From: a virus
Lineage: Duplodnaviria > Caudoviricetes
Strand: one strand, 5' to 3'
Virus record (IMG/VR): IMGVR_UViG_3300049042_000288
Coordinates: 1-56,867 of that record
Length of the DNA stretch: 56,867 nucleotides
Notes under the pieces: model-generated
Told to the model about the DNA's origin: nothing
The model's database searches: none
What the model saw: the letters and a program-made list of their open reading frames with translations, nothing else
Program-made: the position numbers and the translations under genes
Shown here: positions 44,564 to 54,010 of the stretch, piece after piece
Position numbering within the stretch: the stretch's first letter is position 1
How the letters are laid out: each line of letters begins with the position of its first letter

Positions 44564-46791
44564 TCTATCCGCTCGCTCCGAAGCCGAAGCCGAAGCCGAA
44601 GCCACTGCAGACGAAGGTGGCCGACGATCCCAACGACGCTCCACTGAGCGACGAAGAGATGAACGCGCTCGACGCGCCGATGTCGGACGACGAGATGAAC
44701 GCGGCAGTGAAGCCTGCGGCCCCGGCGAAGCGCGCACCGAAGGACAGCGGCGATTCGAACGACCCAAAATACTTTACAAATTCAAAGACGGGTGAACGCA
44801 ATCGTCGCACTCTCGATCCTACAGATCGCACGTTAGGTGCTATTCTCGGTTCGCTTGAAGCGCCGCTGTTTGGTGCCAACGATGAATTTGTCGGGGCAAC
44901 ATCAGCCGTACTTGAGCAGGCGCAGGATCTCCTTGGTCTCATGCCGAAGGGCTTCAGATCCCGCACCGTCGCCGAAGGCATAAAGCGCGCACAGGATTTG
45001 AAGAACGCCTACGCCGCGGCGCGCGAGACAGGCGAAATCGGATTCTGGGACGAAGACAACGTCGCCTCGAACGTTGCTGGCACCGCTGCATCTATCCTTC
45101 CCTACGACTCCCTCTACAAGGGAGCAAAGGGGGCCGCGAACATTGCTCAGTCTCTTCTGACCAAGGGATCGCAGGCAACGACGAACCTGCACAAGCTCTA
45201 CAACTCCATCTACGGCCTCGCCGGGTCTGGTGCCGTTGGCTCAGAGCTGTACGAGACGTTCACGCCGGATGGCGATTTGAACAAGCGCATCGAGCATCTC
45301 AAACAGGCGGGCGCAACTCCAGCCGTCATGGGGGCGATCTTTGGTCTCGGTGGCGGCGTTCTTGGCAAAGGCATTGGCGCTGGTGGTGCTGGAATCATCA
45401 ACATGGCGTCTCCGGCTGCAAAGCAGGCGGCTCGTCGCCTTGCGGAGCTGCTGAATGAAGCCGACGTTTCCATCGATGACATCGCAGAGAGCCATGCCAA
45501 AAATACTGCCATTAAGCCCGATGCCACCCTTGGCGAAGCTGGGCCAGAATGGTTCCGTGCATGGCAGTCCGAAGGTGGGGCTGCTGCCCGCCAGCAAGGA
45601 TCGCGCGAAGCCGCAGCCAAAACCCTTTTTGAGCGGCAGCGTGGTTCTACGCGCCGTATTGAAGAAGACATCGTCCAAGGCTTCGGAGGTGGTGGTGCTT
45701 TCAAGACAACCTTCGACGGGCTCAAAAAGGCTGCTCAAGAAGCTGCTAAGCCGCTATACGACAAAGCCTACGCTAACCCCCCGTTGATGTCCCCGGAACT
45801 CTTCCAAATGGTCAACAGCCCAGCGGGCAAGCGCATGGCGCAGGCTGCTCAAAGGATCATGGAAGTTGACCCTGAGCTTGCAGGAAGGTTGCCCATTATC
45901 CCGAAAGATGCCGCTGGAAACATCATCGGTTATCCGACGCAGCTTCTTGATTATATGAAGCGCGGCATGGATGACATCATTCACGGGGCCTACAACGGAA
46001 AGAACCCGCAGCCACAGCTCGGTGCTGCCTACAAGAATTTCCGGGATAAGTTCTTGGGGGTCGTGGATGATTTGAACCCTGACTTCGCAAATGCTCGCGC
46101 TGCCTACGCTGGGCCGATGGCGACCCGCACAGCCCTCGAAAAGGGCTACGAGATGGCCCTACGCCCGAAGGAAGAGATCATCGAGTACATGGCGAAACTC
46201 AACGAGTCAGAGTTGGCGTTCTTCAAGCGCGGCTTCGCCCAGAACTGGATCAACGCGATGCGGAAGACACCGTACGGGGCGAACGCTGGTGGGAAGCTTC
46301 TCAACAACAACATGAAGGAAGACGCTGCACGCGCCGTCCTTGGCGACGAAGGCTTCAACAGCCTGAAGGCCAAAGCCGATCTCGAAGGTCGCATGACCGA
46401 CAATTACAACGAGGTCTACGGCAACTCGAAGACAGCCGAACGTCTGGCTGCTCAGGAAGATAGCAAGGCGCAGTCCGCAGAGGAGATGTTCAACGTCGCC
46501 TTTTCCACCACAGAACCAACTGCGTGGATCAGGGGCAAAGGCGCAAGCTGGATCGCCAGCAAGCTTCGTCTTTTTGACAAGGAAAAGCGCAACCAGATTG
46601 CCAAGATGCTCTACTCGCGCAACAAGGAAGAGCAGCAGGCGGCGATCAAAGCCATCTCCGATCAGATTGAATACGCACGACAGAAGGCTGCTGGCACTCG
46701 CGCATCGACAGCGGTTGGCGGCATCATCACTGGAACTGGAGCCGCTGGTCAGGGCACCGTCTCAGACATCTCGAAGGAGCAGGGTTTCTAA
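44560..46791 (+). CDS. Putative large DNA ejection protein
   Basis: 743 aa, Ala/Gly-rich hydrophobic patches, AKPLYDKAY, LLDYMKRGMDD. Confidence 0.65.
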   Translation: MIYPLAPKPKPKPKPLQTKVADDPNDAPLSDEEMNALDAPMSDDEMNAAVKPAAPAKRAPKDSGDSNDPKYFTNSKTGERNRRTLDPTDRTLGAILGSLEAPLFGANDEFVGATSAVLEQAQDLLGLMPKGFRSRTVAEGIKRAQDLKNAYAAARETGEIGFWDEDNVASNVAGTAASILPYDSLYKGAKGAANIAQSLLTKGSQATTNLHKLYNSIYGLAGSGAVGSELYETFTPDGDLNKRIEHLKQAGATPAVMGAIFGLGGGVLGKGIGAGGAGIINMASPAAKQAARRLAELLNEADVSIDDIAESHAKNTAIKPDATLGEAGPEWFRAWQSEGGAAARQQGSREAAAKTLFERQRGSTRRIEEDIVQGFGGGGAFKTTFDGLKKAAQEAAKPLYDKAYANPPLMSPELFQMVNSPAGKRMAQAAQRIMEVDPELAGRLPIIPKDAAGNIIGYPTQLLDYMKRGMDDIIHGAYNGKNPQPQLGAAYKNFRDKFLGVVDDLNPDFANARAAYAGPMATRTALEKGYEMALRPKEEIIEYMAKLNESELAFFKRGFAQNWINAMRKTPYGANAGGKLLNNNMKEDAARAVLGDEGFNSLKAKADLEGRMTDNYNEVYGNSKTAERLAAQEDSKAQSAEEMFNVAFSTTEPTAWIRGKGASWIASKLRLFDKEKRNQIAKMLYSRNKEEQQAAIKAISDQIEYARQKAAGTRASTAVGGIITGTGAAGQGTVSDISKEQGF

Positions 46792-48545
46792 TGGCATGGA
46801 ATGGAACAGGCACGTTTGCTCGCCTCTACAACTGGGTTTCTCGCGCAGCGAATCCGGCAACGAAGTATATCGATGCCACGACCATGGATGCGGAGTTCGA
46901 CAACTTCAAAGGCGGACTTGAAAACTGTCTCACCCGCTCTGGTGAAACGACGCCGACCGCAAATCAGGCCATGTCGAACTTTCGTCATACTAGCGTTGGA
47001 GCTGCTACCTCCCTGACCGACTACGCCCGTGTCAATGAAGTCCAGAAGGGAACGATCTTCAGGGCTGCTTCGCCGGGCGGAACCATCGATGCCATGACTG
47101 CAACAGTCACGCCTGCGCCATCTCTGACGGCAGGCCAGATAGTGACGATCATCGCCCCGGGAACAGGATCGAACACAGTAACAAACCCGACGCTTACCTT
47201 GAACGGCGGAAGTGCCGTCACGATCAGGAAGAGTCAGACCGCGCTTGCGGTCGGTGATTACTCCGTTGGAGACACACTCTTTCTCGTGTACGACGGAACC
47301 TACTTCGAACTCACGAACCCGAAAAACGCCGTAACCGTAACCAACCCGCTCAGCGCCTTTACGACAGATGCGACAGGCGGCGATGTCGCCGACTTCATCC
47401 CATTCATCGACACGAGCGAAAGCAGTGCGAACAACAAGGTTCTTGTTCCTGACCTCCTGACGAACGCTCTTGCCAGCATCACGGCAAAAACAGCACCCAT
47501 CGCAGCCGACACCTTGATGGTCGGAGACAGCGCAGCTTCAAATGCCGTGAAGCGGTCTACCGTGGAAAACTTCTACAAAACCATCGTAGGCGTAACGGAG
47601 GACACGACGCCTGATATTGCTGATAGCGTTCTGACTTACGACACAAGCGCAAGCGCAGCAAAGCGTTCGACGGTCGCGAACCTTTACAAGACGATCAACG
47701 GCCTGACGACCGACAGTACGCCAGACGCTTCGGCTGATTTTATTCCGACATATGACACCAGCGCATCAGGTCCCAAAAAGGTTTCGATAAACGTCCTTCA
47801 GACGGTGTCTGTGCCGAGTGCATCCGGGTTGGTTGTGAAAAACAACACGGGGGCCCCGAACACGCAGATCGACATAACAGCGGACCATGCTGTTCTGGTC
47901 AACTCTTCGGGAGCCGCAAAGTACGTTTCCGGGGTTTCGCTGAACGTCAACTTCGCAACAACTGGAGCGAACGCGCTCGACACAGGGTCGCATGCTTCGA
48001 GCACTTGGTATTATGTCTGGATAATCTCGAACGGAACGACAACCGCAGGTCTTGGATCGACTTCGTCGACTTCGCCGACCATGCCATCTGGATATACATA
48101 TAAAATGCGAGTGGGGGCTGTTCGTACGAATGGCTCAACACAATTCATGCTCACGAACCAGCGTGGAAGAAACGTTCGATATCAGCTCAAGGCCGGATCG
48201 ACGACGACCATCTGGCCGAACATCGCCACGGGGGCTGTCGGCTCCGTCTCCACACCAACGTACGTTTCCACTTCAATCGCGACACAAGTCCCGCCAACGG
48301 CTGTCACGGTATGCCTGACCGCAGCAATTGCCGCCACTGCTTCAAACTTCCTCGCTGCACCAAGCGCAGATTATGGCAATTCAAGCAGCACTACAGCCAT
48401 TGCGCCGTTTGTTGTTCTTCCTGACGACTTTTACGGCGTAGGTGGCGTGGGCGAAGTTCAGCTTGAAACCAGCCAGACCATCTTCGTCGCACAAAACGGC
48501 GGGAACCTGAATTGTCTCGGTTGGGTTGACGCCATCAACGCTTGA
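46791..48545 (+). CDS. Tail fibre/receptor-binding protein
   Basis: N-terminal MAWNGTGTF...IDATTMDAEFD anchor; repeated D...YDTSAS..K; Thr/Ser-rich C-terminal domains. Confidence 0.75.
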   Translation: MAWNGTGTFARLYNWVSRAANPATKYIDATTMDAEFDNFKGGLENCLTRSGETTPTANQAMSNFRHTSVGAATSLTDYARVNEVQKGTIFRAASPGGTIDAMTATVTPAPSLTAGQIVTIIAPGTGSNTVTNPTLTLNGGSAVTIRKSQTALAVGDYSVGDTLFLVYDGTYFELTNPKNAVTVTNPLSAFTTDATGGDVADFIPFIDTSESSANNKVLVPDLLTNALASITAKTAPIAADTLMVGDSAASNAVKRSTVENFYKTIVGVTEDTTPDIADSVLTYDTSASAAKRSTVANLYKTINGLTTDSTPDASADFIPTYDTSASGPKKVSINVLQTVSVPSASGLVVKNNTGAPNTQIDITADHAVLVNSSGAAKYVSGVSLNVNFATTGANALDTGSHASSTWYYVWIISNGTTTAGLGSTSSTSPTMPSGYTYKMRVGAVRTNGSTQFMLTNQRGRNVRYQLKAGSTTTIWPNIATGAVGSVSTPTYVSTSIATQVPPTAVTVCLTAAIAATASNFLAAPSADYGNSSSTTAIAPFVVLPDDFYGVGGVGEVQLETSQTIFVAQNGGNLNCLGWVDAINA

Positions 48546-48554
48546 GGCAGCTTC

Positions 48555-49193
48555 ATGATCACGATGTCAACTGCAATATTTCTTGCTCTGATAGGCGCGA
48601 TCCTGAACAGGCTTCGCGGAGGGCTGTTCACGCACGTTGCACAAAACATCGGCTGGACGTGGGCCACCAAGCAGCGCACGACGACCATGCGCCTGATCTG
48701 GGCTGTGCCGACAGGCCTACTGCTCTGGCACCTCACAGGCCAGAATGATTGGTTCTGGGCGGCGTTCATCGCGTCTAGCTTCGCAGGGTATGCGATGCTC
48801 GGACACGGGGCTCACATGGTCTATCGCATCGATGAAATCCACGAATTTTGGCGCACCAAACCATTCGCACTTCAAACGGAGTTGACGACAAGGTGGCTTC
48901 CGTTCGCATTCGGAGAAAATCCAAACGCACTATGGTCGGAGCGAAAGCTGTGGACGTACCACATGATCGGAATGAGCTTCATAGGGCTCATCCGATCAGC
49001 AATCATGCTGTCCCCAATTTGGTGGACGGAAGCGACCTTTTCTGGTTCGCTCGCGCTGGTCTTGTCGGGGTTGTTGCTTGGCCCCTTGTACTGGCTGGGT
49101 GGGCGCATTCAAGGCTCACAGGCCGCTGAACTCCTTGTCGGCGCGTTATATTGGTTCACCTTCTATGGAGTGTTGGGGTTGAAATGGCTTTAA
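48555..49193 (+). CDS. Multi-pass membrane protein
   Basis: Several hydrophobic Trp-rich segments; LNRLRGG. Confidence 0.7.
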   Translation: MITMSTAIFLALIGAILNRLRGGLFTHVAQNIGWTWATKQRTTTMRLIWAVPTGLLLWHLTGQNDWFWAAFIASSFAGYAMLGHGAHMVYRIDEIHEFWRTKPFALQTELTTRWLPFAFGENPNALWSERKLWTYHMIGMSFIGLIRSAIMLSPIWWTEATFSGSLALVLSGLLLGPLYWLGGRIQGSQAAELLVGALYWFTFYGVLGLKWL

Positions 49194-49603
49194 GCGAACG
49201 AAGCAAGAAGGCGCTGGTGGGTGTCCATCCCGATCTGATCAAAATCGTCGAACTGGCGCACGATCTGGCGCGACAGAACGATCTTGACTTCATCATCACG
49301 GAGGGCTGCAGGACGCTCGCCACGCAGCGCAAGTACGTTGCCAAGGGCGTCTCCCAGACCCTCAAAAGCCGACACATCCCCGGCACTGATGGATACGGCA
49401 AGGCCGTGGATTTCGCCCCTGTGATCGACACGGACGGCGACGGAGACACAGAGGTCACATTCGCGTGGCCAGCCTTCTATCCCATCGCAGAGTGTTTCAA
49501 GGCCGCAGCAGCGACATTGCAGGTTCCCATCGTCTGGGGCGGTGATTGGAAGTCCTTCAAGGATGGCCCGCACATCGAACTCGACAGGAAGAAATATCCG
49601 TGA
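49184..49603 (+). CDS. Endolysin, M15 family L-Ala-D-Glu peptidase
   Basis: GVHPDL, EGCRT...Q, SRH, AVD, WGGDW...DGPHIEL. Confidence 0.9.
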   Translation: MALSERSKKALVGVHPDLIKIVELAHDLARQNDLDFIITEGCRTLATQRKYVAKGVSQTLKSRHIPGTDGYGKAVDFAPVIDTDGDGDTEVTFAWPAFYPIAECFKAAAATLQVPIVWGGDWKSFKDGPHIELDRKKYP

Positions 49604-49905
49604 CCGAGAGAAGAGACGATGAAGACAGCAACTGGCATTTAGACAAACGCATCCCCATTGTCACGCTCATAGCCATCCTCGGGCAGGCTGTTGCTCTTGG
49701 GTGGATGGCGTCGAGCATGGACGGGCGTATTGCTCAGCTTGAGGCCTACACAGAAGAACTGCGCGTATCGCGCATCAGAGAACGCATGGCCGTCGAAGAA
49801 GCTGCCACGGTCGTAACGTCGCAACGCTTCGTACAGCTCGATAACCAACTCGACCGTCTTGAAGACAAGGTGGACAAGATCGCTGAAAAGATAGGAGCAA
49901 AGTGA
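49600..49905 (+). CDS. Single-TM coiled-coil protein in the lysis cassette
   Basis: WHLDKRIPI, one TM segment, LDRLEDKVDKI; GTGA coupled. Confidence 0.7.
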   Translation: MTERRDDEDSNWHLDKRIPIVTLIAILGQAVALGWMASSMDGRIAQLEAYTEELRVSRIRERMAVEEAATVVTSQRFVQLDNQLDRLEDKVDKIAEKIGAK

Positions 49906-50007
49906 CTGCACGGTGGCTAAGGCCATCTCCAGCCCGAAGGCTGCGCTCTCGTTGCCCCCTGAGCGTAGCTGCCATCGTGCGGGCCAACTGGGGCGAAGGA
50001 GACTTAA

Positions 50008-50238
50008 ATGAACGACACAGGTAAATCCGCAATCACGTCTGTCGGAATCATGGGCCCGGCACTGGCGATCCTCGTCCTGCTCCTGAACCAGTTCCTGTTC
50101 AAGGGCTCGGTCATTACCGATGCCGATATCACCTCGACTATCGATGCCGTCAGCACTCTGGTCGGTCTCGTCACTGGCATCATCGGTCGCTGGAAGGCGA
50201 CCACGGCCATCACTTCGGTCCTGCCGCCGAAGCAGTGA
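50008..50238 (+). CDS. Putative holin
   Basis: 76 aa, two hydrophobic segments, basic C-terminus, between endolysin and spanins. Confidence 0.6.
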   Translation: MNDTGKSAITSVGIMGPALAILVLLLNQFLFKGSVITDADITSTIDAVSTLVGLVTGIIGRWKATTAITSVLPPKQ

Positions 50239-50468
50239 CATACCTTCAAGCCGTCCTTGGACTGATCCAGATCATCAACTGGGTCATGTCCAAGCTTGAC
50301 GAAGAGAAGAAGGCCAAAGCATTGGCTCTTCTCTGGGAGCAGGAATTCATGAAGCGCGACAAGGAGATCATCGATGCAGCCAGCTCTGCGCGTGCTGCTG
50401 CTGAGCAGCGTCTTCGCGACAACCCTAACGGGCTGCGCGACCCTGACCCATTTGAACGCCCCGACTAA
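50235..50468 (+). CDS. Putative i-spanin (Rz-like)
   Basis: N-terminal hydrophobic segment then helical region; overlapped by a lipoprotein gene. Confidence 0.6.
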   Translation: MTYLQAVLGLIQIINWVMSKLDEEKKAKALALLWEQEFMKRDKEIIDAASSARAAAEQRLRDNPNGLRDPDPFERPD

Positions 50469-50634
50469 GCCTGAGTACGATCCTCGGCTCACCTTCTGTC
50501 AGGTGTTCACGCCGATCCTGTGGAACAAGCGGGACACGGACGAGACCCTGAGACAGGTCAAGGCTCACAACGATGTGTGGGTGACCACCTGCGGGCCTAT
50601 ATCGCGCCCCCCGCCCAAATCCCTGCCACCTTGA
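50374..50634 (+). CDS. Putative o-spanin lipoprotein (Rz1-like)
   Basis: Lipobox LTGC after a hydrophobic signal; overlaps the preceding gene in another frame. Confidence 0.65.
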   Translation: MQPALRVLLLSSVFATTLTGCATLTHLNAPTKPEYDPRLTFCQVFTPILWNKRDTDETLRQVKAHNDVWVTTCGPISRPPPKSLPP

Positions 50635-50703
50635 CAAGCGGTACGGGTTTCAGGATTGGTGAGTGACCCACAGAACAAGTGGGCGTTTACTCCCATGAAC
50701 TTG

Positions 50704-50735
50704 GGGGCAGTCTGGAAACGGACTGCCCCTTTTTT
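50704..50735 (+). terminator. Rho-independent terminator ending the late operon
   Basis: GGGGCAGTC-TGGAAACG-GACTGCCCC-TTTTTT at the convergence of the two transcription directions. Confidence 0.9.
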
Positions 50736-50737
50736 AT

Positions 50738-51070
50738 TCAGGCCGTAGCCTTCTCGTGCTTCATCGTCTCGTAAAGCTTGCGCGCCACGTTGCGATCCGC
50801 CTTCGTATCGAAGTCGTACTGGGCCTTATTCCCCCTCCCCAGCGTCGTCACACGACCGAAACTGATGCCATGGACGGCCAGCTTCAACCCCAGCATCCGC
50901 AACGCCAGCTTGGCGTGGTTGCGGCGCATCGCAGGCGTCTGCTTGTGCTCAATCGTCTTGACGTACTTCATCTTCTGCGTTGCGTAATCCAGCTCAACCG
51001 CCCCCTCACTCTTCGCAAACTTGTTGAGCACCAGCTCCAGCATGTTGAATTCCCGTTCAGTCAACTTCAT
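50738..51070 (-). CDS. Basic hypothetical protein
   Basis: 110 aa, RBS AAGGAG. Confidence 0.7.
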   Translation of the reverse strand: MKLTEREFNMLELVLNKFAKSEGAVELDYATQKMKYVKTIEHKQTPAMRRNHAKLALRMLGLKLAVHGISFGRVTTLGRGNKAQYDFDTKADRNVARKLYETMKHEKATA

Positions 51071-52712
51071 CGTTCAATATCTCCTTGATGTCACCCAGTG
51101 CCAAATCCGAAACGGATTTCTTCGCACGCAGGTTGGCCAAAATTCTCCGATCAGGAGACCCAACACACACCAGATCAAAGTAAGTCACGGTCCCTTGCAT
51201 GCCGATGCGGTGGGTCCGGTCCTCACTTTGCCACCTGTCCAACGACGAGAACGAATTCGAATAGTAGACCACAGTCCGGCAACCGCCGCCCTGCAGGTTC
51301 AGTCCGGTGCCCCCGGCTGCAGGATTGGAGACGAAGTAGTCTATCCCTGACGCAGGGTCAAGAAAAAGCGATACCGCTTTCTGACGGTCCTCTGAGCTGG
51401 TGGCCCCATAATAAGTTGCAGCCTTTTCACCCAGCGCCCTCTTGATCAACTCGATGTCGGCGTTGAACCGTGCCCAGATAATTGCTTTCCCCGGGCGCTG
51501 ATCCAACAGGTCCATCAGGGCGTCCATGCGCGGGTTGGCGATCAAGGTGTGCTCACCGCCCTCCTCCGCGGACGGAAGGACGCCACAGGTGATCTGCTGC
51601 AGCCTGAGCAGGCACGTGGCCGCGATCTTCACCGAGACCACATCGCCGTTGTCGAGCTGAGTCATGAAGGTGTCCCGCAGCGACTTGTAATGACGCTTCT
51701 GTTCGTCAGACATCTCGAATGGAACCGTGGCATAGACTTTCGGCGGCAGATCGAGATCGCTCTCCTTGGTGACCCGAAACGAGTACGGGTCAACTCGGGA
51801 TTTGAACTCCGGGAGGTTGCGCGTGCCGATGACCTGCCTGTTCTCGAAGCCGCCCATGACGCAGAACTGGTTGCGGAACGAGGTCAGGTAGCGGATGCCG
51901 ATTATACCCTCATCGAGGAACTTGAATTGGCTCCACTCGTCGCACAAATCTTTGGCGATGGGGGTGCCTGTCAGGATCATCCTGTGGCTCGCGTAGGGGG
52001 CGAGTTTGTAGCACGCCTGCGTGCGCTTTGCAGTCGTGTTCTTAATGATGTGGGACTCGTCGATGATGATCGCCAACCGTCCCTTGAACATCTTCACGAA
52101 TTTTTCGATGACCGCCGATCCTGTCTTCGTGATCGTGCTGTCGACGTTCACCGAGGCGATCTTCAGTTCTGGCGTGTTCAGGAACAGGTTCTTGGTGAAC
52201 CCCTTACCCGTCCAGTACGCAGCCACGTGCGGCACCTCCCCCAGATGGGTCGGTATCTGCTCGTTCACCCACTGGGCGTGGACGCCCTTCTTCGTGATGA
52301 TCAGCGCAGCGTCGATCTTGCTCTCGGCGTACAACTCGCCGACCCTGTCGATGGCTACCTTGGTCTTGCCCGTCCCCTGCTCCGCGAACAGAGCAAACAC
52401 GTCGTACTTTCGAGAGGCTTCCAACGCTCTCATCTGATGGGCGTAGGCCTTCGTGCGCGGGTGATAGGTCGCCCGCTGCAGTCTGGAGGCGGCTGGCCCG
52501 GCAGGGACCTCTACGGGCTCCTCCGGGACCTTGAACGAAACGCTCGGGATGAGCGCCGAGATCACCCGGCGGTTATGCCCGGTGTCCTCGACGATCATGC
52601 GGTCGCCGCCGACGAAGTATCGTCGACCTTCCATGCCTGTCAGCGCCGTTGCAACTTGTGACCCACGCGCAACGGGGAGATTGATGAGACCTGATTTGCA
52701 GACGGCTTCCAT
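51057..52712 (-). CDS. SNF2-family (SF2) helicase
   Basis: EQGTGKT, IIDESH, LTGTP, GLNLQ, QSEDRTHRIG; start 52712 or 52634. Confidence 0.9.
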   Translation of the reverse strand: MEAVCKSGLINLPVARGSQVATALTGMEGRRYFVGGDRMIVEDTGHNRRVISALIPSVSFKVPEEPVEVPAGPAASRLQRATYHPRTKAYAHQMRALEASRKYDVFALFAEQGTGKTKVAIDRVGELYAESKIDAALIITKKGVHAQWVNEQIPTHLGEVPHVAAYWTGKGFTKNLFLNTPELKIASVNVDSTITKTGSAVIEKFVKMFKGRLAIIIDESHIIKNTTAKRTQACYKLAPYASHRMILTGTPIAKDLCDEWSQFKFLDEGIIGIRYLTSFRNQFCVMGGFENRQVIGTRNLPEFKSRVDPYSFRVTKESDLDLPPKVYATVPFEMSDEQKRHYKSLRDTFMTQLDNGDVVSVKIAATCLLRLQQITCGVLPSAEEGGEHTLIANPRMDALMDLLDQRPGKAIIWARFNADIELIKRALGEKAATYYGATSSEDRQKAVSLFLDPASGIDYFVSNPAAGGTGLNLQGGGCRTVVYYSNSFSSLDRWQSEDRTHRIGMQGTVTYFDLVCVGSPDRRILANLRAKKSVSDLALGDIKEILNDEVD

Positions 52713-53146
52713 GGAACAAATACCCTTCTGATGTGTGTTTCGCACCAAGAGCCCCGACATGGGGCCCCGCAAAAATTCCGTGTCGAGGCTTCGCCTTCGA
52801 TCCACTGGCACGTTCCGGGTTTCCCGGACTCCAGAAGCTTCTTCAGGCGCTCGTCCTTCGACGGCTTGCCGCGCCCGAGCGCAATGGGCCTCGGCTCCAA
52901 CACTGGCAAGGATATCACATTTTGCCAATTACCGTGAGACTTGGTTACGGCAGCGATGTGCGTTTTTGTGATAACCTCATCGCCACGATTCTGGGCCCGA
53001 AAGACGATCCCAGAGACTACGTTTTTTGAGATGCCGAGATGCCGGGCGATGGCGGCGTGACTCATTCCTTTGGCCTTGAGCTTGTTGACTTCGGCCAGAT
53101 CAGCTTCGATCTTTTTTGACGGACGCTTCTTACGGTCGCACTTCAT
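52640..53146 (-). CDS. gcrA: GcrA-like cell-cycle regulator
   Basis: N-terminal GMSHAAIARHLGISKNVVSGIVFR; C-terminal CQWIEG...FCGAP...SWCETH. Confidence 0.8.
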   Translation of the reverse strand: MKCDRKKRPSKKIEADLAEVNKLKAKGMSHAAIARHLGISKNVVSGIVFRAQNRGDEVITKTHIAAVTKSHGNWQNVISLPVLEPRPIALGRGKPSKDERLKKLLESGKPGTCQWIEGEASTRNFCGAPCRGSWCETHIRRVFVPWKPSANQVSSISPLRVGHKLQRR

Positions 53147-53167
53147 GTTCTTCTCCTGTTGAATGTC

Positions 53168-53202
53168 GCGGGAGGAGGAGACACCACATCCACTCCTCCC
53201 GC
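53168..53202 (-). terminator. 3' hairpin with anti-RBS loop, copy 1
   Basis: Minus strand GCGGGAGGAG-TGGATGTGGTGTCTC-CTCCTCCCGC just after the stop of 53219-53914; no clear U tract. Confidence 0.65.
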
Positions 53203-53218
53203 TAGACTCCCGGGGCGC

Positions 53219-53914
53219 TTAGAGCGCCGCGAGAGCCCGATCTTCCCAGCCGTACCCTTCTTCGTCACGGCTGACGTATTCCTGTGCATCGTAGTCATAG
53301 ACCACGTCTTCGTGGCCATGGCTCTCACCGACCGACACCTTCAGGCCGTGGCCCTTCGGGTTGTGCGGCAGGCCGTACTTCTCGGCGCAGATCGGGCCGT
53401 AGCCAACTTCGATGCTGCCTGCATCGCTCAGCTCGCGGCTGCAGAAGCAGCAGTTGCCCGTGGCGTGGCCGTGCGCGGCTGCGGCCTTGACCGGGTCACA
53501 GGCGAAGGCCTTGACCTTCTCGAACGCCTGAGTGGCGTTCTCAGAGGCGACCGGATACCAGCGGCCATCCGCCGTGATCTTGCCGAGGTACTCAGTGCCC
53601 TGCTTCACGTAGGTGGCACCGATGTTGGTCGACGTGGCCTTCGCGGGCGAGAGCGTCACGCCAGCGACCTTGATCTTCGGGTTCTTCAGGCCCGCCGACA
53701 GGGCCTTCGAGAAGAGACCGCCGATGCGGGCGAGGTCAACAACTTCGCGTTCCGTGACAGGGGCCGTGGCTTTCTCGGCCAGCTTCGTGACCCAGTAGAT
53801 CTGCTTCGCCGACAGCGAACCGTAGCGGTCGAACGAGGCGATCAGACTCGACGCGAAATCGCGGTCCTTGATCGAGAGATTGTTGAGGTTGGTCTTGAGG
53901 GCTGAAATCGTCAT
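53219..53914 (-). CDS. DUF6011-like zinc-finger domain protein
   Basis: ATG after the cassette RBS; GNCCFCSRELSD..SIEVGYGPICA. Confidence 0.75.
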   Translation of the reverse strand: MTISALKTNLNNLSIKDRDFASSLIASFDRYGSLSAKQIYWVTKLAEKATAPVTEREVVDLARIGGLFSKALSAGLKNPKIKVAGVTLSPAKATSTNIGATYVKQGTEYLGKITADGRWYPVASENATQAFEKVKAFACDPVKAAAAHGHATGNCCFCSRELSDAGSIEVGYGPICAEKYGLPHNPKGHGLKVSVGESHGHEDVVYDYDAQEYVSRDEEGYGWEDRALAAL

Positions 53915-54010
53915 GTGGTGTCTCCGTCTTCGCCGCAGCGCGCCATCGCGCCGCCGACAGGTGAAGTTATAGGGGATCACCTTTTACTTGTCAAACGAAA
54001 TGGGTGCGAC
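53912..54010 (-). repeat. Early regulatory cassette copy 6
   Basis: TGTCGCA half box; TTGACA(53994-53989)-N17-TATAAC(53971-53966); hairpin GCGGCGCG-ATGG-CGCGCTGC; GGAGACACCACATG. Confidence 0.85.

Noticed and set aside
46791-48545. Diversity-generating retroelement target
   Set aside because: No reverse transcriptase and no template/variable repeat pair seen.
49906-50007. Canonical HDV-like ribozyme assignment
   Set aside because: P1-, P2- and GGCGAA-like parts exist, but the segment where P3/L3 should lie is about 43 nt and lacks the usual pattern. Kept only as an unclassified structured RNA.
51549-52661. 370-aa plus-strand ORF
   Set aside because: Shadow of the SNF2 helicase.
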